A stretch of DNA of 64,000 nt. It comes from Cyanobacteriota bacterium. GTDB lineage: Bacteria; Cyanobacteriota; Cyanobacteriia; PCC-6307; Cyanobiaceae. Below are positions 31,401 through 43,400 of this stretch, one piece after another. The notes under the pieces are model-generated. The model made no database searches and was not told the DNA's origin. It saw only the letters and a list, made by a program, of their open reading frames with translations. Location of the stretch: assembly GCA_041158125.1 (NCBI GenBank), contig JBEBCC010000064.1, forward strand, positions 21,925 through 85,924. The letters run 5' to 3'. The position numbers and the translations under genes are program-made. Every line of letters starts with the position of its first letter. Position 1 is the stretch's first letter.

Positions 31401-34400
31401 CGCGGCCGGGCCCGTCTCAGCCTGGACAGCCAGGGCACCGGCACGGTGGTGGTGGAGGACGCCCACCTTGCCCTTGCTGGTGTGGGCAGTCTCGTCGGTG
31501 ATCTGCAATTGCGGCGGATCGTTGATGCAGCCGGCGCCTGGTTTGAGGTCACGCTGCTGGATGCAACGGCCAGCCTCGGTGATGAAGTCGCCGGCATCCG
31601 TCTGAGCGAGGCCTCGCTGGCACTGTTGATCGGTCGCGACGCCGAGGGCAAGGCGAACCTTGCCGCTGCGGGTGGTGGGACCGTCGCACTGACCGGCTTT
31701 GGCTCCGCGATCGAACTTGCGGCCAGCCCAGCCCATCTGACCCTTGCCCAGCTGGGCCAGCCTCTGGCTGCGCTCGGCATCGATGACGAGCGCTTCCGCC
31801 AGCAGATTCAGTTGCGGGACGGCAGCGTCAGCCTCGCCGGCATCGGCAACCTGCGTGGCGACTTCACCCTCACGCGCCAGGAGCTGAGCGCCTGGAACGG
31901 TGCTGCCATCAGCCAGCTCGGTCTTGCGGTCGACCACGGCGCGTTATCGCTGCAGCTGGGGCCTGTCAGTGCAACCCTCAGCGAGTTACGCGGTGCGGTG
32001 GTGGCCCGCACGGCACCACAGGCGGAAGCGCAGCTCGCTCTGCAAGTGGAGGGCGTTGTTGCACTGGAGGGATTGCCTGGTCTTTCCATCAGCGCCGATC
32101 GTCTCGCGCTGGCAATCAATGGAACCACGGCCGGACTCACGGCGGAGATACCGGCGGCCGATGGTTGGTATGCGCTGGATCTGGTCGCGGCCGAACGGCG
32201 TCTGCGGGGGGATCTCAGCGTCGCGATTGACGGCCTGCTCTCCCTCAGCGGCGCCATGGCCCTGGAGAGCCGCACCGCGCAGACCATCACTCTGCACGAC
32301 ACTGCTGCTGGCACCACAACCAGTGTGGTGGTGGATCAGCTGTTGCTTGCTGGTTCCGATCTGGCCCTGCTGCTGGGCCAGGGGGGTCCGGGCGACCTGG
32401 CCTTGGAGCGGCTGGACGGCGTGCTGGTGATCAGCACTGAGACCGGCGGTGCCCGGCGGCGCTGGCTCACCCTCGAGGCCAGCGCCGCCGTCGGCTCTCT
32501 CGCCGGATTACCGCTGGCTGGTGACGGAACGGCGGCGCTGGCCCTGAACCTGGCGCTCACTCCCCATGGTCAGCCGCTGGCGATCGACTGGAGCTCAGCG
32601 GCGGCCCCGGATTGGACGGGCCATCCGCTCAACCTCGTCCTTCCGGGTGGGGACGTGGCTGTCACGCCTGCAGCCACCGGCCGCCAGCTGTCAGTTGCGC
32701 TCCGAGGGGGGCTCGATCTGCAGGGGCAGCTGCTATCGGGGCAGATCACAGCCAGTCTTGAGCGTTCTGACGCGGGTGAGCGTTGGCGCGTTGCGGTGAG
32801 CGAAGGCACCGTTGGCCTCTCCAGTGCCGCTGGCCCGGCTTTGAGCATCGGTGCAGTCAGCGGTGAGCTGCTGCTGGCCCAGGATGGCGGCCGCAGCGGC
32901 TCCCTGAGCGGCACCGCCCTGCTGTCCGGTGTACCTGGCCTCACCCTCTCGGGTGTTCTGGTGGCTGGCTTTGACGGTACGGGGCAGATCCAGGCCGCGG
33001 GCCAGCTGCGTCTTGCTGTGGAGGGGCTGGGCGAGCTGGACGGGGAGTTCAGTGTCGCCCGGGTGCGTGCTCTGCTGGCTCTGCCCGATGACGAGCTGCG
33101 TCCGGCTCTCCTTGGCGCCAGCGGTCGTATCGAGCGCCTGCTGAGCGGTGGCACCGGCCAGGGGCCCACCTACACACTGCAGTTGCGGTCTGACCCCGCT
33201 GAGCTGAGCCGGGAAGGGATCTATCGCATTCGTGTGGGTGATGCCGAAGCTCGGATCGACAGCCTCGGAGCCCAAGGGCTTCCCCTGGCGGATCGGGATC
33301 TGGCCGTGGCCCTGCAAAGCGCCATCGAAGCTCTGCCCGGTGTTGGTCCCGGCAATCTCACCGTCAGCGGCGGCCGCCACAGCGGCTTCCTGCTGCAGTT
33401 CGCTCCGGCCCTGGCGGCCAGCCCGCCCCAGCTCACTCTGCTTGCCCCGAGCGATCCCCCTGCGGGAAGCAGCCGCTGGCTGCTGGCGGAGCAAACCCAA
33501 TCGTCGCTGCCGGGGCGCTCCGAGCAGCAGCAGCTCACGCTGGATGCGCCTATCGCGGGTGGTGGCAGCATTCAGCTCACCATGGCCGGTGCGGGCGGTG
33601 CCCTCCTGACCACGGCGCCCATCCCCCTGTTGGCGCGCACCCCCAGCAACGAGCGCCTGGTGCTCACCCTGCGGGGCAATGGAAATGCTGCCGGTCAGCT
33701 GCGGCTCAGCCTCGGTGATCTCAGCAGCGGACCAATCCGCCTGGGAACCGGTCCGCTCAAGACCCAGAACGATCTGAAGGCCGCCCTGGAAAGCCTCGTC
33801 GGCGTTGGCAACGTCACGGTGACGTACAAGCGCGGCTACACAGGCCACGACAGCATCGACTACCTGATCGGCTTCCAGGGTGATCTGGCGGCCCGTGATC
33901 TGCCCAGCCTTGCGGTGACCACCACCACCACTGCGGTGACGCCGGTGGTCCGGGTGCTGCAGCAGGGCGGCAGCGGTCAGAGCGTGACGGCCCAGGCGAT
34001 GGCGATCCAGACGGCCCTGGACCAGCGGCTTGGCCCTGGCAGTGTTGTTGTCAGCTGGTCCGGTGCTCAGAGCCCGAGCCGCAACACCTACAGGCTGACA
34101 TTTGCCGGTTCGCTCGCCGAGCGCGACATCCCTCTGCTGACGGCTACTGTCAGCGGTAACTCCGCTGCCACCGTCAGCCTCAGCGAGACCACTGCCGGGG
34201 CCGCGCCCCGAGGCTCCACACAGATCCTGCGCCTGGGCAGCCTGCCTGCCGGAGCAAGCCTGACTCTCAGCCTCAGCGCCGCAGGCACCAGTTACACAAC
34301 GGTGCCTCTTGCGGGGATCGCCACCGCTGATCAGCTGAGAGAGGCCATCCTCGCCGCCCGCAGCAACGCCGGCGTCAGCCTTGGCAGCACCGGCACCGCC

Positions 34401-37400
34401 ATCGCGGTCAGTGCCGATGGCATTGGGGGATGGCAGCTCAGCATTGCTGGAGCGCTGGCCGGTTTGGCGATTGAGCCGTTGAGGGTGGAGATCAGCGAAC
34501 CCCTGCACTACGGACACGCCTCCTTACAGCTGAGCCAGCCCGCACTCCTGCACAGCGAGAGCCAACGACTCCACCTGACCGCCGCCAGCGCTGACGCCGC
34601 GCTGTTCCGGCTGGCTGTCGGTGCAGGGGATGCCACCACCGGCACTCTCGATGCCGTCGGCCTCAGCGCCGCTGCGCTTCAAGTCGCTCTTGAGGGGCTG
34701 GCGGAGATCGGTGCCGGCAACCTGGCCGTCACCTCAAGTGCGGCGGGGCAGTTCGAGCTGACCTACCGGGGGGCTCTGGCTGGCGTGGCGGTTGATCCCC
34801 TGCTGGTGCTGCCGGTGCAACGGTTCAGCCTCCGCCAGAGCGATGGTCAGGCGGTGGAACGGGTGGCGCTTCGGCTCGGTTCCGACGCCGAATGGAGTGC
34901 TGATCTGCCGATAGCCGGTCTATCGCCTGAGCAGGTGCGGGATCTGCTGAGGGTGGTGCTGGCCACCCTGCCGGGGCTGGCTGCCGATGTGGTCGACCTT
35001 CACCTCGTCGATCCGAGCACCTTCACCTACGAGCTGGTGGCGAGCGGAGCGCTTCGCGGCATGGCCCTGCCGGCTCTGGAGCTGCTGCTCAGCCGTACCG
35101 ATACCCTGTCGCCGGAGTCGCTGCTGCTGGGCGCCGCGCAGGTGAGCGGTCGTTTCGGTGGCAGTCAGGCTTCGCTTGAGCTCAGCCGTGGCGAGCTTGG
35201 CCTGCTGGTCACCACCGCGGCGGATGGTCAGCGCGGTTTCGCGCTGCAGGGCAGTGCCAGCGCCGCACTCCAGGGTTTCGAGGGCCTGGTGAGCCTGGAG
35301 GCGGTCGCTCGGCTGCGGGTCAATACCCTGGGCCAACCGGTCGAGCAGACCATCGCCACCGGGCTGACAACGGCTCCGTTGACCGTTGCCTTCTCAGATG
35401 GGCTGAATCGCCGCGAGCTGCTGATCGACTCCGGCACGATCAGCGTGGCTGGTCTCGGCAGCCTCAGTGGCCGTCTGGCGCTCGAGCAGCTCAGTCGGGT
35501 CGAGAGCGGCAGCACCATCACCGATCTGCGCATCGGGCTGGCCGATGTGAGCGGTCAGTTACAGCTCGGTGGACTGTCGCCTGGCCTCAGCAACGGTCGC
35601 GGTGCTCTGGTGCTGCAGTCCAGCACTGATGCCAGCGGTGAGCAGCGGCGCCAGTGGGCGCTGCAGGCCGAGGGCGACCTGCATGTCAGCGGTGTGCAGG
35701 GCCTGAACCTGACCCTCAGCGATCTGCGCCTGGGGGTGAACAGCTGGAGCGGTGCGCTGCAGCAGGCGGTGGAGACTCCCAGCGGTACCTATGGCCTCGA
35801 TCTGCTGGCGGGTGAGCGGCGCCTCAGCGGGCGCGGCGTTGCCGAGATCACGGACGTGATGCGCCTGGAGGGGGATCTCTTCCTGGAGAGTCTGCCCCCC
35901 GCCGAGGTGGTGCTCTCCGACGGTTCAGTCGTGACCGTGAACCAGCTTGTGATCGGCGGTAGCCATCTGAGTGCAGGTCTGGGACCGGCGGCGCTTGGCC
36001 TGGGTCTCGATCTCAGCAGCGTGGCTCTGTTGCTCGTCGACGAGGTGCCTTCGCCAGGCAGCAGTGCCCCTGCGCGCCGCTGGATCACCACCCAGGGCAG
36101 CATCAGCGGGTTCTCCCTGGCTGGTACCCATCTCGAAGGGTTGGCCGCAGCCGGCCTGCGTTTCAACCGTGCTCTCACCACGACATCGGCTGGAGCGGCG
36201 CTGGCGCCGCCGGCCCTGCCGGTGGTCGACTGGAGCCAGTCCGGGCGGCAGGTGGCGCTCGCTGATGGGGCTTTGCAGCCGATTGATCTTGCTGCCCCTG
36301 CTCTCCAGCTCGGGGCATCCGGCCGCCTCCAACTGGGTGATGCGGTGCTCGGTGGCGACTTCACCCTGGCCCTGGAGGAGCGGGAGGGCCTTCCGGCCTG
36401 GGTCGTTCGATGTGAAGCGGCGAGCCTGGGTCTTGAGAGCGGTGCCGCCTTTGTGGGTCTACGCGATGTCAGTGGCGAGCTGGTGCTCGGTCCTGGCGGT
36501 CAGCGCAGCGGCCAGCTCAACGGCAGCGCCGTGCTCAGCGGTGTTGATGGCTTGGATCTGCAGGGAACGCTCGCCGCCAGCTTTGACAGCACGGGCCATC
36601 TGCAACTGAGCGGCTCGGCCGTGACCATGGCCCTGGAGGGCTTCGGCAGCCTGACTGCCACGCTCAGCCTGCAGCGACGCGCTGATGGCTCGATTGCCCT
36701 CAGCGCAAGCGATGTTTCAGCCACGCTGGGCATGGATCCCGGCAGTGGCATCGCGCTATCCGGTGCCAGCCTGGGGCTGGTGCTCAGCGGCCGCTCCAGC
36801 AGCGAAGCTGGCTTTGCCCTGGTGGCCAGGGGGCAGGCCCTGCTCCAGGGTTTTGCTGGTGTGAGCCTGGCCGCCGCCGCTGAGCTGCACGTCAATACGA
36901 CCGGTGCAGCGCTTGACACCAGCGTCGGTGACGGCAGCGAGGCGATGGCCATCCGCTTCGCCACTCCCGATCGGTTGATGGAGCTCCGTGTCGCCTCCGG
37001 CACGATCAGCATCGCCGGTCTCGGCAGTGTCAGTGGTGATCTGGCGATCACCAGTCTGCTCAGTGACACCGCAAGTGAGCTGCGTATCGGCATCGACAAT
37101 CTCCACGGCTCGGTGGCGCTGGCCGGGAACAGCTTCAGCCTCAGCAACGGGCGTGGCGCCGTGCTGCTGGAGCGACGCTCGGACGGCAGTACCGGTCGTG
37201 CCCTTCAGGCCGAAGCCGCGGTGAGCTTCAGCAGCGGCAGCGATCTTGCTCTCAGCGCCAGCCGCATGGAGGTCGCCTGGAACGACCTGGGTCGCGCCAT
37301 CCACGGGCTTGAGGTGGCCAGTGCCGGTGGCACCACAACCCTGGAGCTGCAGGCCGGGGAGGCGCGGGTGCGAGGTGAGGCCAGCATCAGCGTCGGCTCC

Positions 37401-40400
37401 GACCTCCAGTTCAGCGGCAACCTCTATCTGGAGTCGCACCAGGCACAGACGCTGACCCTGGCCGACGGCCGCACCGCCACCGTGGATCAATTGCGCTTTG
37501 GCGGCGCAGACCTCAGTGCCAGCCTCGGAGCCGGTGGTGTTGGCATCCAGCTGAGCGGGCTCGACCTCAGTGGTGTGCTTGCCACTGGTACCGGCAGCAG
37601 CAGTGGCGCTCGCTGGCTGGCTGCCACCGGCACAGTTGACAACCTGAACCTGCCGGGCTCGATCCAGGTCAGCGGAGGTCTCCTGCGGCTGAACCGCCGC
37701 CTTGATGGGGATGGGGCTGTCGTCAACTGGAACGACAGCGGTCTGCCGGCCCTCAGCGCCAGCGCGTTGCTGGCGCTGAGCTTCGATCAGCTGGATCTGC
37801 TGGTGGCCGGCATCCGTCTGCAGGGCGGCGCGAGTCTGCGCTTCGATCCAGCCGGCGGCGGCATCGAGGACGACCGCTGGCGGCTCAGTCCGTCGGGTTT
37901 GGGTGCCCGCGTCGAGGCTGCGGGGGTCCACCTGGGGCTGACGGATCTCAGCGGTGAACTCGTCTACGGCCCGCTCGGCCTTGAGAGCGGCAGCCTGCAC
38001 GGCAACCTGGCGCTTCAGGGCAGTGATGCCGTCAGCCTGAGCGGATCGGCCACCCTCCTGTTCAGCCCAACCATCACCACCAGCCTGGTCGGTCAGGCCA
38101 GCCTGAGCGTGAGCGGCCAGAGCATCAGGGGTGATTTCAGCGCCGTGTTGCCCGGTGAGCTGAATCCTGATCTGGGGCTGGCCTTCACGGATGCTGCCGT
38201 CGCGATCTCGGCCGGTCACGGCAGCGATGGGCTGCAGCTCAGCGTTGCTGGTGTGAACGGCGCTGTACTGCTGCGGGAACGTGGCAGTGCCGGCCGCTTC
38301 ACGGCGGCGGATCTGCAGCTCACCCAGAGCGATGGCAGCGCCATCCCTGGGCTTGTGCTCGGTCCGGTGCGACGGGCGAGTCTTGCCTTCAACACCACCG
38401 ATGAACCGATCAGTGCCCGCACGATCGGAACCACCACGCTCGCCTTCAGCGCGGCTGAACGGCGCCTCCTGGAGGTGGGTGGTGATCTTGACGTGGGAGT
38501 CAGCACAACAGCGGCGGCTTTCAGCCTGGGCGGCTCGGTGCGAATCCGCCGCGAGCCCCTGGCCCTGGTACCAGGCGCGGCCCCCTTGGAAGGGTTTGCC
38601 ATCCACATGGAGGAAGTCGGCAGCGACCTGCGCTTCGGCGCTGCCGGCGCCAGCGGTGGTGCTCGCCTCCGCCTCGGCGGAATCCGTGGCGACGTGCTGG
38701 TGGCCAGGATCAACGGCCGGGCCGGGGCCAGTGCTGACCTGACGGTCGGTAGCGCCGCTCTGACTCAGGCCGATGGGATCACGCCTCTGGTGGCTGGATT
38801 GGCCCTGAACCCTGTTGATCTGCCCCTGCGCTTCAACCTGTTTGATTTCGATCCCCACCTCCCGCTGCAGCTGCTCTCGCCCGAGCTGGGCTGGCCAACT
38901 CTGTCCGTCCCCAACCTCGGACTGGCCTTCCCGGATCTCAAGGTTGACTGGCCAGCGCTGAGCCTGCCGGAGCTGCTGTTCACGCTGCCGCAGTTGCAGC
39001 TTCCGGGGCTGCGCGTCGAATTCGACCTGCCCAGGCTGCTGCCCGGCTGGCCGCACCTGCAGCTCCCCGATCCGAATCTCAGCCTGCCTGAACTGATCTT
39101 CGGCCTTCCCGCTCTTGGGCTGCCAGGTCTCTCTCTCGAGCTGCCCTCCCTGAGCGAGTTGCCGAACCTGGGTTGGCCCACCCTGAGGCTTGCAGACTTC
39201 GGCCTGGCCTTCCCAGACCTGGATTTCAACTGGTCAGAGCTCAGCCTGCCTGAGTTCATTCTGGCGCTGCCACAGCTGAAGCTGCCCGGGCTGGATCTGT
39301 CGCTTGATCTGAGGGCCCTGCTGCCCGATCTGGCGCCGTTTGATCTGCCGCTCGCCAACCTGCGCCTGCCTCAGCTGGGGTTGGCGCTGCCCAGCCTGGC
39401 GATCGACTGGACAGCACCCTCTCTTGCTCAACTGTTGCAGGGCCTGCGGGCCCTGCAATTACCAGGGCTGTCGATCAGTCTGCCGTCGCTGAATGGCGTC
39501 GAATGGGGTGGCTGGAGCCTGCCCAGTCTGGCGGCGCGCTTCCCGGCGCTCCAGGTCGACTGGCCGGCCCTGACGCTGCCGCAGTTGCTCGCCCAGCTCC
39601 CGAACCTGCAACTGCCGGGCTTAAGCATCAGCTTTGATCAGCTGCGGCTACCTGAGTGGCCCTCGTTGCACCTGGATCTACCTGATCTCGGCCTCAAGGC
39701 TCTGCATCTGGCGTTCCCAGATCTCAATATCGCCTGGCCTGAGCTGTCGCTGCCTGAGCTGGTGCTGGCGGTGAAGGCCCTCAAGTTGCCCGGTATCAGC
39801 ATTGAACTTGACCCTTTCACCCTGCTGCCAGACTGGATTAACGCCAATCTCAGACTACCGGAGCTGCGCCTTGATGATCTCGGTCTGGCGTTCCCCAATC
39901 TCGGCCTCGATTGGCAGAACCTGAAGCTGCCCGAACTGATCCTGGCGCTGCCGCGGCTCAACCTGCCCGGCCTCAACATCCGCGTACCGACCCTGGCGGA
40001 ATTGCCGGCTTTGCAATGGCCGGATCTGCCCTGGAAGGATCTCGGCCTCGCCTTTCCTGATCTACGGGTCAACTGGGCTGACCTTGATTTACCGAATCTG
40101 CTGCGGCTGCTGCCCAAGCTGAATCTGCCGGGTCTTGACCTTGACCTGAATCTTGCTGGGCTGATGCTTCCGGGGTTCAGTCTCTGCGGCGACCTCAACC
40201 TCGATCTCGGCGCTGGTCTGAGTGTGGCGGGAGAGTTCTGCTTTGACCGGCGCGATGGCCAGTTGTTGGCGATCGCCAGCAATGCCAGCGCCAAGGTATC
40301 CGCAGGCGGCGTTTCGCTCGGGCTGAGCAATGTCAGCCTTGGCCTTGTCGCCGATAACGGTGGCCTGGCCTTGGAGGGGAGGGGTGATTTCAGCGCCACC

Positions 40401-43400
40401 TTGGCCGATGGCATCAGCCTGGCCGTCGCAGACGCCCGCCTGTTCTTCAACTCCACTGGTCGATCCTGGAGCGGCGTCACGATCCAGGCCGATCAGGGGC
40501 GCTACAGCTTCGGCACGTTGTCCGCCACGGACGTGCGCGGCATCGCCAAAGAGGGACGCTTCCTGCTGCAGGAACACATCTCGATCACAAACCCGGCGGA
40601 TCGGGCCTGGCAGCTGGCGGTGGCCGATCTGGGCCTCAGCCTGACGGCAGGGAGCGCAACCCTGGCACTCGAAACCGGCAGTGGCGAGTTCTGGTTTGGT
40701 CGTGATGCCAGCACCGACACCTATGGCGCCACGCTGCGCAGCGGGGTGTTGCGCGGTACCGCGGCGCTGCAGGGGCTCAATGGCCTGACCGCAAGCGGCA
40801 GCCTGGAGGCACGCCTCAGCAGCACTGGCGCCTGGACTCTGGCGGCCGATGATCTGACCCTGGCCTTGGCCGGCTTCGGCCAGATCAGTGGCAGCGTGGC
40901 CATTGAGCGGCAACCCGGCACCACTGCGCCGGTGCAATGGCAATCCGCAAGCACGGTGAGTCATGGCGGCAATGCAGCAACCACCGTCAGCCCGGGTGGT
41001 GTGGCGAGGAGCAGCAGCTGGCGCCTCACGGCTGCCAGCGCCGATGGCCAGCGTTTCCGCGAGGGCACCTACAGGTTCAGCCGGACCAGCGGTGCGGCGG
41101 TCCAGGTCTCAACCCTCACGACCTCGGGTGTGCCTCTGGCAGATGGGCCTTTGGCTTCTGCGCTGGAGCGTGGACTCAGCGAGCTGTACGGCGCTGGTGC
41201 TGTCACGGTGCTTGGCAGTCGCGACACCGGATTCACGATCAGCCTGGGCGGAGCGCTGGCCGGCAGCGCTCTCGACGATCTGCAGATGCAGGCCCCCGCG
41301 GAGCCCAGCGCTGATCTCGCTGGCGGCCTGTTCACCCCGGTGGCGACCAACGGCACGATCGCCCAGCTGGCTGGGTTCCCCGCCGCTGCTGCCGGGAGCT
41401 TCAGCCTCGGGTTCGAGGTTCGGCGGGCGATCGACACAGAACTACGGCTCACCGCCTTTGACCCTGGAGCCGTTCGCTTCCGCGAGGGGCGCTGGCAGCT
41501 GAGCTACGGGGGCCGCCACGCCAGTGCCGACAGCACCGATCTGGCGGGCCTGCCCCTGAGCGACAGCCAGGTGGCAGCCAATCTGCAGGCAGCGCTTGAG
41601 CAGCTGCTCGGCCGCACCAATGTGCGGGTCAGCGGCAGTCGTGCCGATGGCTTTGTGATCCGCCTCGTCAACGGGCTCTCCGGGCAGAGCATCGACCTGG
41701 CCAGCAGCGCTGCCGGCAGCGGCCTCTGGATCGAGCCCCCCGCTGATGCCTCTGCAGCCCTGCCGACCTCAGTCAGCAGCCGTCTTGAGCAACAGGCGGC
41801 CCCCGCTGGCGGCGAGGTGGCCACGGCGTACATGTTCACGATCACCGTTCCCACGGCGGCCACCCGCAACAGCGATGGCGTCAGCTTCCGCTTCGCCAAT
41901 GGTCAGCGCAGCGCCACTGCGGTCTACACCGGATCCCAGGACAGTCAGGCCCGTCAGTTGTTCGAGGCGCTGGCCCGGCTGCTGCCCTCGGGGCCATCCA
42001 CCAGCAAGGTTTATGGCACCGGGGCGGTGGTCAAGGAGGTGCGCTCCGACACCATCACCGTCCAACAGCTGCAGTCCCCAGCCAATGCCCAGCGGTACCG
42101 CATCCGCTTCGCCGACAGCATCGCCAGCCAGGTGCGGAGCCTCGGCGCCCTGGACGCCATCAACACCGGTATCACCACCAGCATCGGCTACAACCTTGTC
42201 GCCGAGTTCCCCAGCGATAGCAGCGCCGCCACCCCGGCCACAGGCGCGGTGCATCGCCTCGATCGCTTCCCAGTCGCCGCCCGCGGCAGCCTTCAGCTCA
42301 GCTTCATGGTCGGCGGCATCACCTACCGCACGGCGCCGATCGATCTGCACAGCTCAGCGGCAACCCTCCAAGGGGCTCTGTTGAACGCCACGACAACCGC
42401 CGGTGGCAGCTTCGCGGCGGCCGGCGGTTCCGTGTTCGTCTCGCTCGATACGGCGGCCCAGCAGTGGCGGTTCAGCTTCGGCGGTTCAGCCCTGGGGGTA
42501 GCGATGCAGCCCGTCAACGCCACGGTGCTGCCCGATCTGGCACCCGTCGCCCGCCTGGTGCTGCAGCAGAGCGCTTCTCTCGCCGGCGCTGGCCGCTACG
42601 AGACCCAGCCCATCCCCATCGGCGCCGATGCCGCCACAATTGAGAACGCCCTGAAGGACGCCCGGCTTCAGGATGGCTCCGGTCTGACCCTGAGCGGCAG
42701 TGGCCTCAGCGTCTCGGTGCTGCGCACCACAGACGGCAGCCGGGATCGCATCAGCTTCGGCAGCGTTCCGGGTCTGCGTGGGATCGAGGGTTTCAGCACG
42801 CGCATCGATCCGCTCGCAGCACCACAGGCGCGGCTGGAGCTGCTGCAGCGGGGGGCTGTCAGCGATGCGCTGCAGGAGCTGACGCTGCCCATCAACGCCG
42901 GCAGCAGCGTGGTGCTCAGTTGGAGCGATCCCGCCGGCCACCTGCACACCACAGCCCCGTTTGCTGTGGATCGCCTTTCTGCTGCCGCTCTGCAGCGTCA
43001 GCTCGACGCTCTGCTGGGATTCGGCAACAGCCGCGTCAGCCCGGGTGCGGGCCCGGGTCGCTGGGTTGTGGAGTTCCTGGGTGACCTGGCCGACGCTCCT
43101 CAGACTCCGCTGCAGGCGACCTCGGTTTTGCTGCTGGATCTGCGGCTGGCGGAAGGCTCTGCCCAGGCTGATCGGCTGCGATTGACTCCGCTTGTCCCCG
43201 ACGGCACTGCCGACAACGCCACTGTGGTGGTGCTCTCGGGGCTCAGGGGTGAGCAAAGCCTCTCGCGTGTGCGCGCGGCGCTCGAATCCCTACCTGGATT
43301 CGGCGTCGACAGTGTTCAGCTGGAACCTGTGCCCGGTCAGCCCGGCCTGCTGCGCGCCTGGGGCCGTGGTGCCCTCGCCGGTCAGGCCTTGCCAGCCTTC

